Below are positions 24,401 to 33,529 of a stretch of 33,529 nt of DNA, piece by piece. A model generated the notes under the pieces. The model was not told the origin of the DNA, did no database searches, and worked only from the letters and a program-made list of their open reading frames with translations. Source of the DNA: Sphacelaria rigidula (taxonomy: Eukaryota); the NCBI GenBank assembly GCA_964200075.2, contig CAXNAA020000032.1, positions 1 through 33,529 on the forward strand, written 5' to 3'. Each line of letters begins with the position of its first letter. Position 1 is the first letter of the stretch. A program made the position numbers and the translations under genes.

Positions 24401-27400
24401 CACAATCTTGTCGGAACCTGCAGAGGGTGCGTGTTGTGCCATGGGAAACCGATAACTCTCGCAAGGCGCCAGACTTGTGTCTGGAACAAGGGTGGAGGGC
24501 GGGAGACAGTAGTCACTTTCTTGGTCATGTTGCTGAGCGATTGTAGGAACGATATCTTGTCGCCGTTGTACTCGCTTATTTCTAGATGAAAAATAGTACA
24601 GTTGTTTTTATTGTGTCAACGCCGTCTCGACTTTGTTGTCTTTTTTGTTGTCACACATGTATACTTGACTCTAGGGACGACCACATCAACAACCCTTCGT
24701 TTTGTTCTCTTTTTTTTTTCTCATCGGCAGTACCGCATCAGCGCCGTTACCAAGGTCGGGGCGAACGAGCTGAAGTTCCCTAACCAAGAGACGGGGAGGG
24801 ATGAAGTCGTGGCCACCTACTTCGGACAGAAATATTTCCCGCTCAGGGTGAGTCGTGTGTAACGACTACAGATTTCGCTTCAGATGGGTTGCGACCCTTC
24901 CCGAGGTGTGTTCACCACTTGGTCGATGAAAAAAGTTCTCAGAAACGTATTTTTTTTAATGACCCTGGCCGCAACCGAAGACATGAGGACGAGCTTCGGG
25001 CGAAGGGGGTGCGAAGCGTTCTTTGGGCGAAGTGTGGCATTAGCAGACCTCAAAACGGCGCCGCAGACGCCGATTTTGTCGAAAACGCGTTCTGCGCACG
25101 CGAGGGGCAGCTCGGGCTGTCAGCCCCGCTGAAGATTCGGATATCGGTATTTACACTCGAATCGAGCAATGAAATCCTCGGAATTTTCTAGTTGAGCAAT
25201 AAACACTACCGTCCTACCACCTCGTCAACAGGATAACGGTTAGGTACGAGAGCAGTTGTACGCATCGGGATTCAATTCGGCACCACGCTTGGCCTCCGCG
25301 CAGTCACGTGTGGTCCCACCCACCCCATCTACTACAATATTTCGAAGCTGTGTTCTGTGTAGTACTCCGACAAAAGTTCGGGTATTGAGAAGTATAAAGG
25401 AGCTATTTAATCAGTATAAATAGTTTGCTAAACCATACCGGATTGGTCGGAACAAGGCTCGATACCCCGCCGGAATAAATACGAATGTTTGGCACATCAG
25501 CGATACCGAAGTGCAAGGTGTGTAGGGCGGGGGGGGGAACAGTGGTGGTCTCCCCGAGGCCGCAGATTCATCAATAGCGGTATATACAGTTTTGTCCTTC
25601 CCTTTTGGTGTTGTCGCAGCCTGCCCCGCACGCGTGTGGATGTGATCTTCGCTGAACGTGCCGCTTTTGATTCATTTCGCTGCTGCGCTTGCTCCCTTGT
25701 TTCCGGTTTCAGTATGCCGCGCTGCCTTGTGTGCGTGTGGGTTCAGCGGCGAAGCACAACTACATCCCCATGGAAGTATGTCAGGCAAGTGGTGCTATTT
25801 TGGAGGTTGAACGATAATGAAGGACGCACAGACGAGTCCCCGGTCTTCATATTTGTTTGTTTTTTCTTTTCAACGAACGCCACATTCCATCTTGCGTTTT
25901 GTATCAATGATAGCGCCATAAAACACTGGACTCCGATCACCGAAATGTTGAGGTCTTCCACAAAAAAAACAAATATGGGGAAATCGGGCGGTCCACTTTT
26001 ATCACCTAAATTCCCCAGAATTGTTTTTCGCCTAGGACTCTGATATTTAACATTTCGGTTATCGGAAGCCAAATTTTCATGGTGCGTAGAATCATCAAAA
26101 GCTACCAGGAGATGGAAAATGCAAGCATATAATTAATTATTTAAATGTTGATTAAGGATGGATGGTTGGATGTGGTGGGTTTTATTTTTCGGAGAAGGGA
26201 AGGACAAAATGGAATGAAAGCCTTTTCGCAGTTTGTCACGGGACCGTCACATTTTTTCTTCCCTCGCGGCACTCTCACTCTGACTTGAATTTGATGTGCA
26301 AACGAGTGAAATCATTTATTTGTAGGATCCGAAAACAACTGTTTCTCGAGATTCACTGTCGATGAGTCGCGCCTTTCTTTTTTTCCTTCTGTTTATTTTT
26401 TGCCATCTGTTCGTTGTGCTCATGAAAACACTGCACCATGTATCTTATACCTGATTGACAGATCGCTGCGGGGCAAAAGGTGTCGAAGTTGGACGAGAAG
26501 CAAACGGCAGACATGATCAAGATCACGTGCCAACGCCCGGACATCCGTCAGGGAGCTATCCACCAACAATTTAGTAACATCAACAGTGAGTAGGTGATAA
26601 TAGTTGACTGTGTTGCCATCCCGTCTATTCTGGATGCTGGTTTACACCTTTCCGTATGAGGGGGCCCATCAGCTGGGATCATACATAAGGAAGGTCGACA
26701 CAGGTGTTCTTCCTTTTCTTCTGTTTAAGCACTCCATCTTTTCTCTGCAGCGCTCGCTTCACTTATTATTCTTGCAAGAGGGGTTTCGTGGTTCTTTTCC
26801 CTCGTCGACTGTGAAGTCGAATTTTGTGCATTCACGATATAGTCGCTCTCCACTGTTGGGCATGAGGAGAAAACCCCAGATCACTCCGAGATTCGAACCC
26901 ACGACACAACCATCAGAAGGTCTCGAGGTTGCCAACCGAGCCGTGGCGTTTGATTTATCCCCAATTTTTTATTGGTCTCGCACTGAAGTGATTTTCCATT
27001 CCCCATGCGTACAGTAGGTTGATTCAAGTCTTCAAGTTGTTGTCCAGAGCATTGGAGGAACGAGCTTCCACTTTTGATGGTTGAAACAAACACAAAAAAC
27101 ATTCTGAGGTAGAAAAGGACCCCCATCATTCTGATTATTTTCCAACTGTTAATACTGCTGCGTTATTTCCGCCAAACGTTTTTGTCAGAGGAAATGAACA
27201 CGAGCTGCGAGCAGTTCGGCATCCGCATCACGGACAAGCAGATACAGACCAAGGCCAGGATCCTTCCGCCACCTTGCATACAATACAACGCTGTGAGTAT
27301 CAGATCATATTTTCTACCCTTCATGTACGCACGAAAGATACAAGAAAAATCCAGCCTGACTCGTGCAGCCACATCGGCTAACTCATTGAGATCATATATA

Positions 27401-30400
27401 TATATATATATCTGCAACTGTTTCTGAAGGCCATCGAATCATGATTTTGTCGTTGTTCCATCTGCGGTGATTTCGACGATGAGATTTTCGCACGCGATTA
27501 TCGATCTTGGACAAATTTTGTAGTCATGTTGTTGGAGTACGGGTGTTGCTTTCATGAACAGAAAGACCCCTGTCACTTTTCACAACTTGAAATCCCATAA
27601 TGCAGTTGAACAATGCAACACCCTTATAAGTGAAAAGCTCTGGTGCGGTATGGGGGGGGGGGGGCGGGCGCTTGGAGTAGAGCTATTTAAACGCGAACAA
27701 GTGGCGGACATCGTTCGAAAACAGAAAGAGGGAACGATTAGTTGGTCATTCTCCAACCGTCAAGAGGATGGCTAGTCTGACAGAAAAGTGTATGATTTTG
27801 GGAGGGTTGCCATGAACATGAGTGTATCTCTTTTCTGTTGCTTGCTCCTCTTTCTCTCTTTTCCTCCACCGCAAGTTCGTGTATGGTGCGAGTGTATCAT
27901 CATGTCAGCCCCTGTTCGCGTCCCTCCGTTTCACCTTTCGAACTTGTCTCCTTCGTGTGGAAGTTTCATCTCGCTTTTTATCGTTTCTTGTGTGCTTCTC
28001 GTGTCATCACGTGTTTCGGCTTGGACGATGCTGTGGATGCTTCCACACACGTTACTTTGCCGGCACTATCAGTCCGGCCGTCAGCCGACGGAGCAGCCGC
28101 AGTGCGGGTCGTGGAACCTTCGAGACAAAAAGCTGTACGACAGTAAGAAGCTCGTGAGCTGGGCCGTTGTGAGCTTCTCTAGCGGAAGGGATTTATCGCA
28201 ATACGTGAGTGTGTATGCCTTTTTTTTTCCCAACAAATTGCTCTTGTCTTGTTTTTGACTGTTTTTGACCGTTTGGCTTGCGTGGTGAGACTCAGGCCCT
28301 GTCTTTTCAAATTGTATTTGACTCGAAAATTATTAGCGTGGACGAATCAGAAGCGAGCGAATTCGATTCGACCGCACGTTTTCGACACTTGAACAATTTG
28401 ACAAGATACGGCCTTTTATTGTTTTATTGAAGGCCGTGACTTACTGCGTGAGTTTTTTTTTTTTCATATCTTTATCATGTTGTAAACCAACCGTGATATG
28501 TCTGGATTTGTCACAGAGTATTTCGAATGTTCCATAGATAAGACCGCTTCTTGGAGAGCTGTAAATGGTCGCGGTGGTGAACATATCCCGACAGTTCTTT
28601 TCCCAAGGAAATTGTAACTTTCTGGAGAGGAGTGTAGTGGGTTGCAAAGGATTGGGGGCATACACGCGCGTGACAAATATCTTCGTTCATTTGCTGTTCG
28701 AAAGAGCGGCCGCTGTAACTCGGAACCGTTTCACTTAACCATAGACGCTACCACCGACTTGGGGAAGTTGCTGGTTACCGCCTCTAGTCCTCATGAGGGT
28801 TCTCTCTAGCTTTCACCTTTTGCAGCAGGTGACCGGTGTGCGCCTTTGCCCGGCATGGACAAGCGTTGACCCAGCAAAAAGATATGAATGGATTACGTCT
28901 CTCGCCGCACGTAGCCAGTGTGAAGCGGAACATGAGAAGAAACCGTGATGTGTATCAGGATTAATGTGTTCGACCGTCCTCTTATTGTTGCACCTATTTT
29001 TTTCTGCGTCGCGTTGCTGTCTCGTTACCTTTGCAGACGCTGGAGAACTTCGTATCAGAGCTCGTGAAGGTCATGGGCATACACGGGATGGAGGTGAAAA
29101 TATTTCTGAGATTTTGAGTTTTTGGAGAGTACATTTGAATATCGGGTTGGTTGCGTTCTGTACAAGGTGGCATGTTCAAACGCGCGACTTGACAAACGCA
29201 TGTTCACCTCGATTCTACCAAAATTCATCGTTGAAATATACCTAACTTGAGTGTTGGAACAGATGCGGGTACACAGCCGTGAGTACTCACCGCGTGCGTG
29301 AGAAGTATTTTTTCGTGGATTTGGCGCTACTGGCGCCGATTCGAGATTTGCCCACGTACGTCACCCAGGGCACCCTGTTCACCCTCCTTGCTCAAAGCTT
29401 CTCGGTGTGCGTTGGTTGGGGTCTAGGCTAGCTTGAGCATTGGCGTTGATGAAAAAATGTGTCATCACGAAGTGGGTAGACGAACTGGGGTGAAAATCCC
29501 ATCGAGAAATGAATTGATGTGCTCGTTTTTTTCATTCATCGAAATGCCTTTCAGATTTCCCCAGCTGCTCGGAAGCCTCCGCTGCTCATGGCGGACGCCG
29601 TCCCAGCGAACCGCCAACGTGTTGACGATGCCACCTACGCTAGGAATGCCCTCACAGCGGCCAGGGACGCGGCACGGTGAGATATCAAGACACAACCTCT
29701 GTGGAATTGTTGACTTTTCCACAACGATCCATTAACCCTGAGGCGGAATACGACATGAACAATCACGGGACACAGGGACACGGTCCTGCATATTTTTTCC
29801 CCTCAGGTATCGGCGTATGTGCTGGGTTTTCTGCTGTGTACTCCGCAGGCTAAGACCCCGATACGTACAGATGACTCTTTTTTTTAGAGGGAGGAAACCT
29901 AGAGCTTCGTTGTTTCGCTTTGTGAAAGATCGATAGATTTGGAACGGTGGCGATGTCGGAAATCCTGCTGGGTGCATTCGCCTTGAGATTTCGTTGCGTG
30001 TCCATCTGTTTTATTCTCACATGAAGGATTTGGGGTGTTTTAGTGGTTTGTGTCGCAAAACGCGAATGAAATACTCCTCCCTGTGGAATGTGTAGCGACA
30101 GATCGCTCATCAGCTCCATGTGTATGCGTTTTTTTCCCACAGGAAAGCATTCAAGGAGGAATGCCAGCTCATCCTCGTGCCCAAGTCTACTCAGGACTCC
30201 AAGGACTACGGCGAGATCAAGCTCGCCTCTGACACAGTTCTCGGCATTCCAAGCCAGGTGTGGTTCTGGCCAGGCAATAATACGTCGTCACGCGGTTGGT
30301 GCCGTTGACTTTTCGTGTTGAATGTAGCACGGCGTGTATCGCTGGACGCCGCTGTTGCAAACCTGGCGCACCGCAAGGTTCTTTGTTCAAGGTATTTATA

Positions 30401-33370
30401 TGAAATATAGATGCAGTGTCGGGCAACGACAAAAGTTAGACAATACACTCTTGGATGACACACGGCACCGATTGGGTAATGACTGAAGTTCCCCCTCCCC
30501 TGTGCGCTGGAAGTGGCGGTACCTGGAAATGAAGATCATGCGTACAATCTGCCCTCCTCTATGCTTTGAATGTTGAGGTACTTCATCGCCTTGGAGAAAC
30601 AGTCTGGTGAAGTTATTTGTTGCGTGTGATTCATCAACACACCCTCCCTTGAAAGCGCTTGCAGCTGTGGTGAGAGAATTCCTCTTCCCCCAACCCCCTA
30701 CCTCGTATGTTGTTGATCGTGCGTCAATCAGTGTGTGCTGTTGAAGCACGTGAACACGGCGAAGATACAGTACTTGGCCAACTTGTGCCTGAAGGTCAAC
30801 GCTAAGCTAGGCGGACGGAATGCGGTGCCGCGAGACAAGCTGCCCTTCGTGCAGGATGTGAGCGCATTACCACGGCCTCGGATAGTTGTTTTTTCTCGTT
30901 GCACTTGGAATTATTTGGTGCTTGAAATTTTATTTGGTATCGATGGTCCGGTTGATTTCGGCGCTTGCGTGATTGTGTCTATCTGAACATCACTGACAAT
31001 GGCCAATGTTGACTGCATGTGCAAGGTTAATGTAGTATACGCTGTGTGCTCTTGAATGAAAATCAGGCGCCCACCATCGTGTTCGGTGCGGATGTGAACC
31101 ACCCCGGCGCCGGCAACGTCTCCAAGCCGTCCATCGCTGCCGTGGTGGCTAGTATGGACAGATGGGTGTCCCGACACGGTTCGTGCGTGGCCGTACAAGA
31201 GCACCGGAAGGAGGTTATCCAGGTAAAGGAGGAAGGGGCCTTGTCAAGAAGGCAGGCATCTTTGAACACGTCGTCCAACTAGCCGGAAAACGAAGTGCAA
31301 GAGGGGAAGGTCATAGATCGTTTTAACCGAAAACGCTGTAGACGGAAAAATGTGGGGTATTGCTGTAGAGTGGGGGGGATGCTGTCATCCCGGGCGATGA
31401 GATGAACTACTGCTTTTTTCATCGCACACGGGTGAATATAATTGGTGGTTATTAACCCTTTGAGAACCCTCCGGTCCCGTCCCCAGTCCAAACGCCTCAT
31501 CATTTCAAGCGCCGGTCAAGAAGAGATGGGAAAAAGAAATACCGACCACAATCATTTCACCGTGAAAAGCCACATGGGAATCCATCGACATACGTTGTGC
31601 TCGCAACAAAAATGTCGCCTCTGTTATTTTGCGTCAGTTTTATCTCATGAATGGACCCAACGGGTCAAGTGTGTTCAACAATGTGCACACAGCAAGAATC
31701 GGCACCGCGGCCTTTGAATTTAATAAAACAAAAATCAGTACCACAATCGGTACCGCCTGTAAATTTTACATGTATGCATTCCTGTGTGGCGCCGGGGCAC
31801 ACTTTTATGGCGGTGACGCACCGCACCGGAGTATTGTTGTGCTGCAGTCCGAGGGTCGTACCCGCCCAACACTTGGCAGGCGTACTATGCCACGTCCCGG
31901 ACACAAAGTAGTATGTCCAAGCACGCAGGAATCCCCTCACCATACGTGAAAGGATTGAGGTGCGATGTTTACGCGATTCACCTGCATTTGGAACTCGCGT
32001 GGGTCTGAAAAACACGCCTTGGGCTACTTGTTCTCGTGAAAGCTATGAGTAATCAACCATGTCGCTCAAAAGAGCACCTCGACGTCCACAGTTTCCCATT
32101 GCCAGCGCCAAACGGGTCTTGTGTCTCTGTGCGTGATTTCTGATGTGTAGGACCTAGCGGCAATGGTGAAGAGCCTCCTCATCTCCTTCTACCGCGTGAA
32201 CAACGCCAAGCCGGCAAGGATCATCTTCTTCCGTGACGGTGTTAGCGAGGGGCAGTTCAGGGAGGTGCTGCGCTACGAGGCAAGTTTGTGACAGCGGACA
32301 GGGGGTGGTCCCGTCGTATTTGTCTTGTCTGTACACTACAAGTGAAACAGCTGTCTCTATGGGAGGAGGTTCGCGTCTCTGAGTGTTCATACGATGAAAG
32401 CTGGAGCAAATGTGTTGCACTCACCCTCGCATCATTGCAGCTTGTTTTGTTCGTCTTGTTTTCACGGAAGTTGACGATTTGGCCAAAGGAGTACCGAGCC
32501 ATGCCTATCAATAAATATGTCAAGTGGTCACCGCGGGAGAGAATGGGTTGTGATTCCTCTAAGAGTACGCACTCGTTCCAGGAAGGAGCCGGTCGGGGAG
32601 GGGGCGAATGGGACGTCCGGTCAACAGTATGTCGGAAGGGAAAAAAACAACCTTTTCGCACGTGGTTTCCCACTGGAGGAGGAACGGCGATAGACATGCA
32701 ACGTGTGAATTTGATGGAAGTAGTGTTCAATTTTCCCGCTGTGTCGTTTGAATTGTTGATTGTTAAATCGCTAGTTCGATGGTGATTCAATTCGTGTTTG
32801 TGCGCAGGTCCGAGCAATTGAGCAGGCGTGCGCGGCCTTGGAGCCCAGGTACCGCCCGACCATCACCTTCATCGTCGTGCAAAAGCGTCACCACACTCGC
32901 CTCTTCCAGCCCAAGAGGTAATTTTGTTGTTTTATTGCAGAGTGAAAGCCGTCGTGACGTGACGGTCAAGAGCACATTGATGAAGTTGCCGGATGTTCTG
33001 AACGTGGCGATCGTTTTGCGTTTGTTTGCCTCCTTACCCTCGCTGTGCTGTCTTGTTGACGTGACCACCTTGCCTCATACACTTGTGGGGATTATAGCCT
33101 TTTTCGCCGCTGTTGTTTCGTGTGTGTATCGAGGGTGTTGCAGGAGTATCCGTCGTTGTTGTGAAGGACTGTTTCATTTCTTGTTGATTTTCGTTGCTTT
33201 TTTTTGTGTGCTCTCCTCCAGGGAGGACCAGGACAAGTCCGGCAACTGCTTCCCTGGTACCGTAGTGGAGACCGGCATCTGTCACCCGATGGAGTGGGAC
33301 TTCTACCTCATGTCCCACGGCGGGCTGCAGGGTACCTCTAGGCCGGCCAAGTACCACGTACTCTGGGACG
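12247..33370 (+). CDS. AGO: Argonaute (AGO-clade), 19 exons in window (~870 aa), 3' end beyond the window
   Basis: Exons 12247-12479, 21427-21505, 21783-21935, 22382-22639, 23099-23335, 24021-24158, 24731-24847, 25713-25784, 26462-26585, 27189-27292, 28073-28204, 29037-29093, 29555-29676, 30143-30257, 30732-30857, 31067-31222, 32151-32279, 32808-32917 and 33222-33370 join in frame. Motifs: [33 protein letters not shown] ([17 protein letters not shown]), MID ([18 protein letters not shown]) and PIWI ([56 protein letters not shown]). Confidence 0.96.
15670..15885. repeat. Degenerate tandem repeat, 111-bp period, 2 copies
   Basis: GATTGCARTGTGCAAGAGGYAGGAAAC at 15684 and 15795; GAGCCAG and GGATATT also recur at +111. 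Confidence 0.7.
16484..16850 (+). mobile_element. tRNA-derived SINE family A, full-length copy in AGO intron 1
   Basis: A box TGGCTCAGTTG, degenerate B box ATTCGATTCC, non-tRNA body, (CA)n/(CATA)n tail; two further copies in the window. Confidence 0.8.
17205..19540. mobile_element. Nested cluster of non-autonomous DNA-transposon (MITE) remnants in AGO intron 1
   Basis: Inverted pairs 17392-17424/19500-19530, 17450-17482/18921-18955 and 17484-17543/17684-17740; TTAA-CCC...GGG-TCAA mini element 17582-17687; TTAAAGGGG terminus at 18209. Confidence 0.6.
18220..18880. repeat. Tandem duplication (334-bp period) of a palindromic unit forming two long hairpins
   Basis: Units start GGTCCATCTCCACAT at 18220 and 18554; perfect 30-bp stem 18646-18675/18794-18823. 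Confidence 0.85.
19872..20195 (+). mobile_element. Second tRNA-derived SINE-like element (family B)
   Basis: A box TGGTGAAATGG (19893-19903), B box GGTTCGATCC (19936-19945), patchy similarity to the family A body, A-rich 3' end; boundaries approximate. Confidence 0.6.
20741..21057. mobile_element. hAT-like MITE (317 bp) with dense (T)AACGT subterminal repeats
   Basis: TIR CAGGGCTACAAACGTTG versus reverse-complemented end CAGGATTTCAAATGTTG (13/17); no 8-bp TSD retained. Confidence 0.55.
21427..21505 (+). CDS. AGO: AGO exon 2 ([26 protein letters not shown])
   Basis: ctccag acceptor, CCG|GTGAGT donor; reconciles the phase-2 end of exon 1 with the phase-0 start of exon 3. Confidence 0.8.
21783..21935 (+). 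CDS. AGO: AGO exon 3 (N domain)
   Basis: [26 protein letters not shown]...YQYDV. Confidence 0.92.
22382..22639 (+). CDS. AGO: AGO exon 4 (N domain)
   Basis: PASKLRAIF...[16 protein letters not shown]...LASFFNG. Confidence 0.92.
23099..23335 (+). CDS. AGO: AGO exon 5 (L1)
   Basis: [35 protein letters not shown]. Confidence 0.94.
24021..24158 (+). CDS. AGO: AGO exon 6 (PAZ)
   Basis: VEFVCELLG...[16 protein letters not shown]. Confidence 0.92.
24731..24847 (+). CDS. AGO: AGO exon 7 (PAZ)
   Basis: YRISAVT...[13 protein letters not shown]. Confidence 0.92.
25713..25784 (+). CDS. AGO: AGO exon 8 (PAZ end), GC donor
   Basis: [24 protein letters not shown]; donor CAG|GCAAGT. Confidence 0.88.
25882..26121. 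repeat. Imperfect inverted repeat / MITE-like hairpin in AGO intron 8
   Basis: TCCGATCACCGAAATGTT versus AACATTTCGGTTATCGGA, with weaker pairing extending outward to TTCCATCT/AGATGGAA. Confidence 0.6.
26462..26585 (+). CDS. AGO: AGO exon 9 (L2)
   Basis: [26 protein letters not shown]. Confidence 0.92.
26605..26948 (-). mobile_element. tRNA-derived SINE family A, diverged antisense copy in AGO intron 9
   Basis: Reverse complement is collinear with 16490-16836 (GTGGAGAGCGACTAT, CACAAAATTCGACTT, GTCGACGAGG, CCAGAATA shared); intact B box GGTTCGAATC. Confidence 0.8.
27189..27292 (+). CDS. AGO: AGO exon 10 (L2)
   Basis: QFGIRI...[12 protein letters not shown]. Confidence 0.92.
28073..28204 (+). 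CDS. AGO: AGO exon 11
   Basis: [13 protein letters not shown]...SWAVVSF. Confidence 0.92.
28294..28414. repeat. ~120-bp hairpin mini-MITE (AGGCC...GGCCT termini) in AGO intron 11
   Basis: AGGCCCTGTCTTTTCAAATTGT versus reverse-complemented AGGCCGTATCTTGTCAAATTGT; inner TCGAAAA/TTTTCGA and CGAATC/GATTCG. Confidence 0.6.
29037..29093 (+). CDS. AGO: AGO exon 12 (MID)
   Basis: [19 protein letters not shown]; ttgcag acceptor. Confidence 0.85.
29555..29676 (+). CDS. AGO: AGO exon 13 (MID)
   Basis: [11 protein letters not shown]...AARDAA; phase-2 donor matches exon 14. Confidence 0.8.
30143..30257 (+). CDS. AGO: AGO exon 14 (MID)
   Basis: QLILVP...[18 protein letters not shown]. Confidence 0.93.
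30732..30857 (+). CDS. AGO: AGO exon 15 (MID/PIWI)
   Basis: CVLLKH...[18 protein letters not shown]. Confidence 0.94.
31067..31222 (+). CDS. AGO: AGO exon 16 (PIWI, catalytic D and E)
   Basis: [30 protein letters not shown]. Confidence 0.95.
31452..31958. mobile_element. Possible piggyBac-like MITE remnant in AGO intron 16
   Basis: Begins TTAACCCTTTG; degenerate right end GAAAGGATTGA. Confidence 0.3.
32151..32279 (+). CDS. AGO: AGO exon 17 (PIWI, catalytic D), GC donor
   Basis: [34 protein letters not shown]; donor GAG|GCAAGT. Confidence 0.92.
32808..32917 (+). CDS. AGO: AGO exon 18 (PIWI)
   Basis: [27 protein letters not shown]. Confidence 0.95.
33222..33370 (+). CDS. AGO: AGO exon 19 (PIWI); gene continues past the window
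   Basis: [44 protein letters not shown]; donor G|GTAAGC. Confidence 0.95.
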
Positions 33371-33529
33371 GTAAGCAGTATGGCGTCACTTGATTTTTTT
33401 ATCCACGCCGCCTCAATCTTTCTTTCCCTATTCTTGCTCCGTCTCGAAAGGGATGCGTGGTCAATGGTCAAATGGGTAAGGCAAGCAACAAATGCGGACC
33501 CCCCCCCCCCCCTCTCCTCCCGTGCTCCG

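Overview
Eukaryotic, intron-rich genomic DNA whose long introns, short exons and tRNA-derived SINEs suggest a brown alga (Ectocarpus-like stramenopile; this is an inference). The window holds two divergently transcribed genes whose ATGs are separated by only 994 bp. On the minus strand is a complete 9-exon class A (type I) Hsp40/DnaJ of 433 aa with a C-terminal CaaX box (CQNM). On the plus strand is an Argonaute with 19 exons (about 870 codons) in the window; it has an RGG-rich N-terminus, PAZ, MID and PIWI domains with catalytic D-E-D visible, and runs off the 3' edge. The introns carry tRNA-derived SINEs, several MITE/foldback elements and long hairpins. Main points of interest: (1) Argonaute sits head-to-head with the type of farnesylated Hsp40 known to assist RISC loading; (2) the AGO pre-mRNA itself contains tandem long hairpins and an inverted SINE pair that could yield dsRNA; (3) AGO has two GC-AG introns, each with an in-frame GT competitor; (4) DnaJ intron 1 has a candidate poison exon. 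All exon boundaries were derived by hand from frame continuity and splice consensus, not from transcript data.
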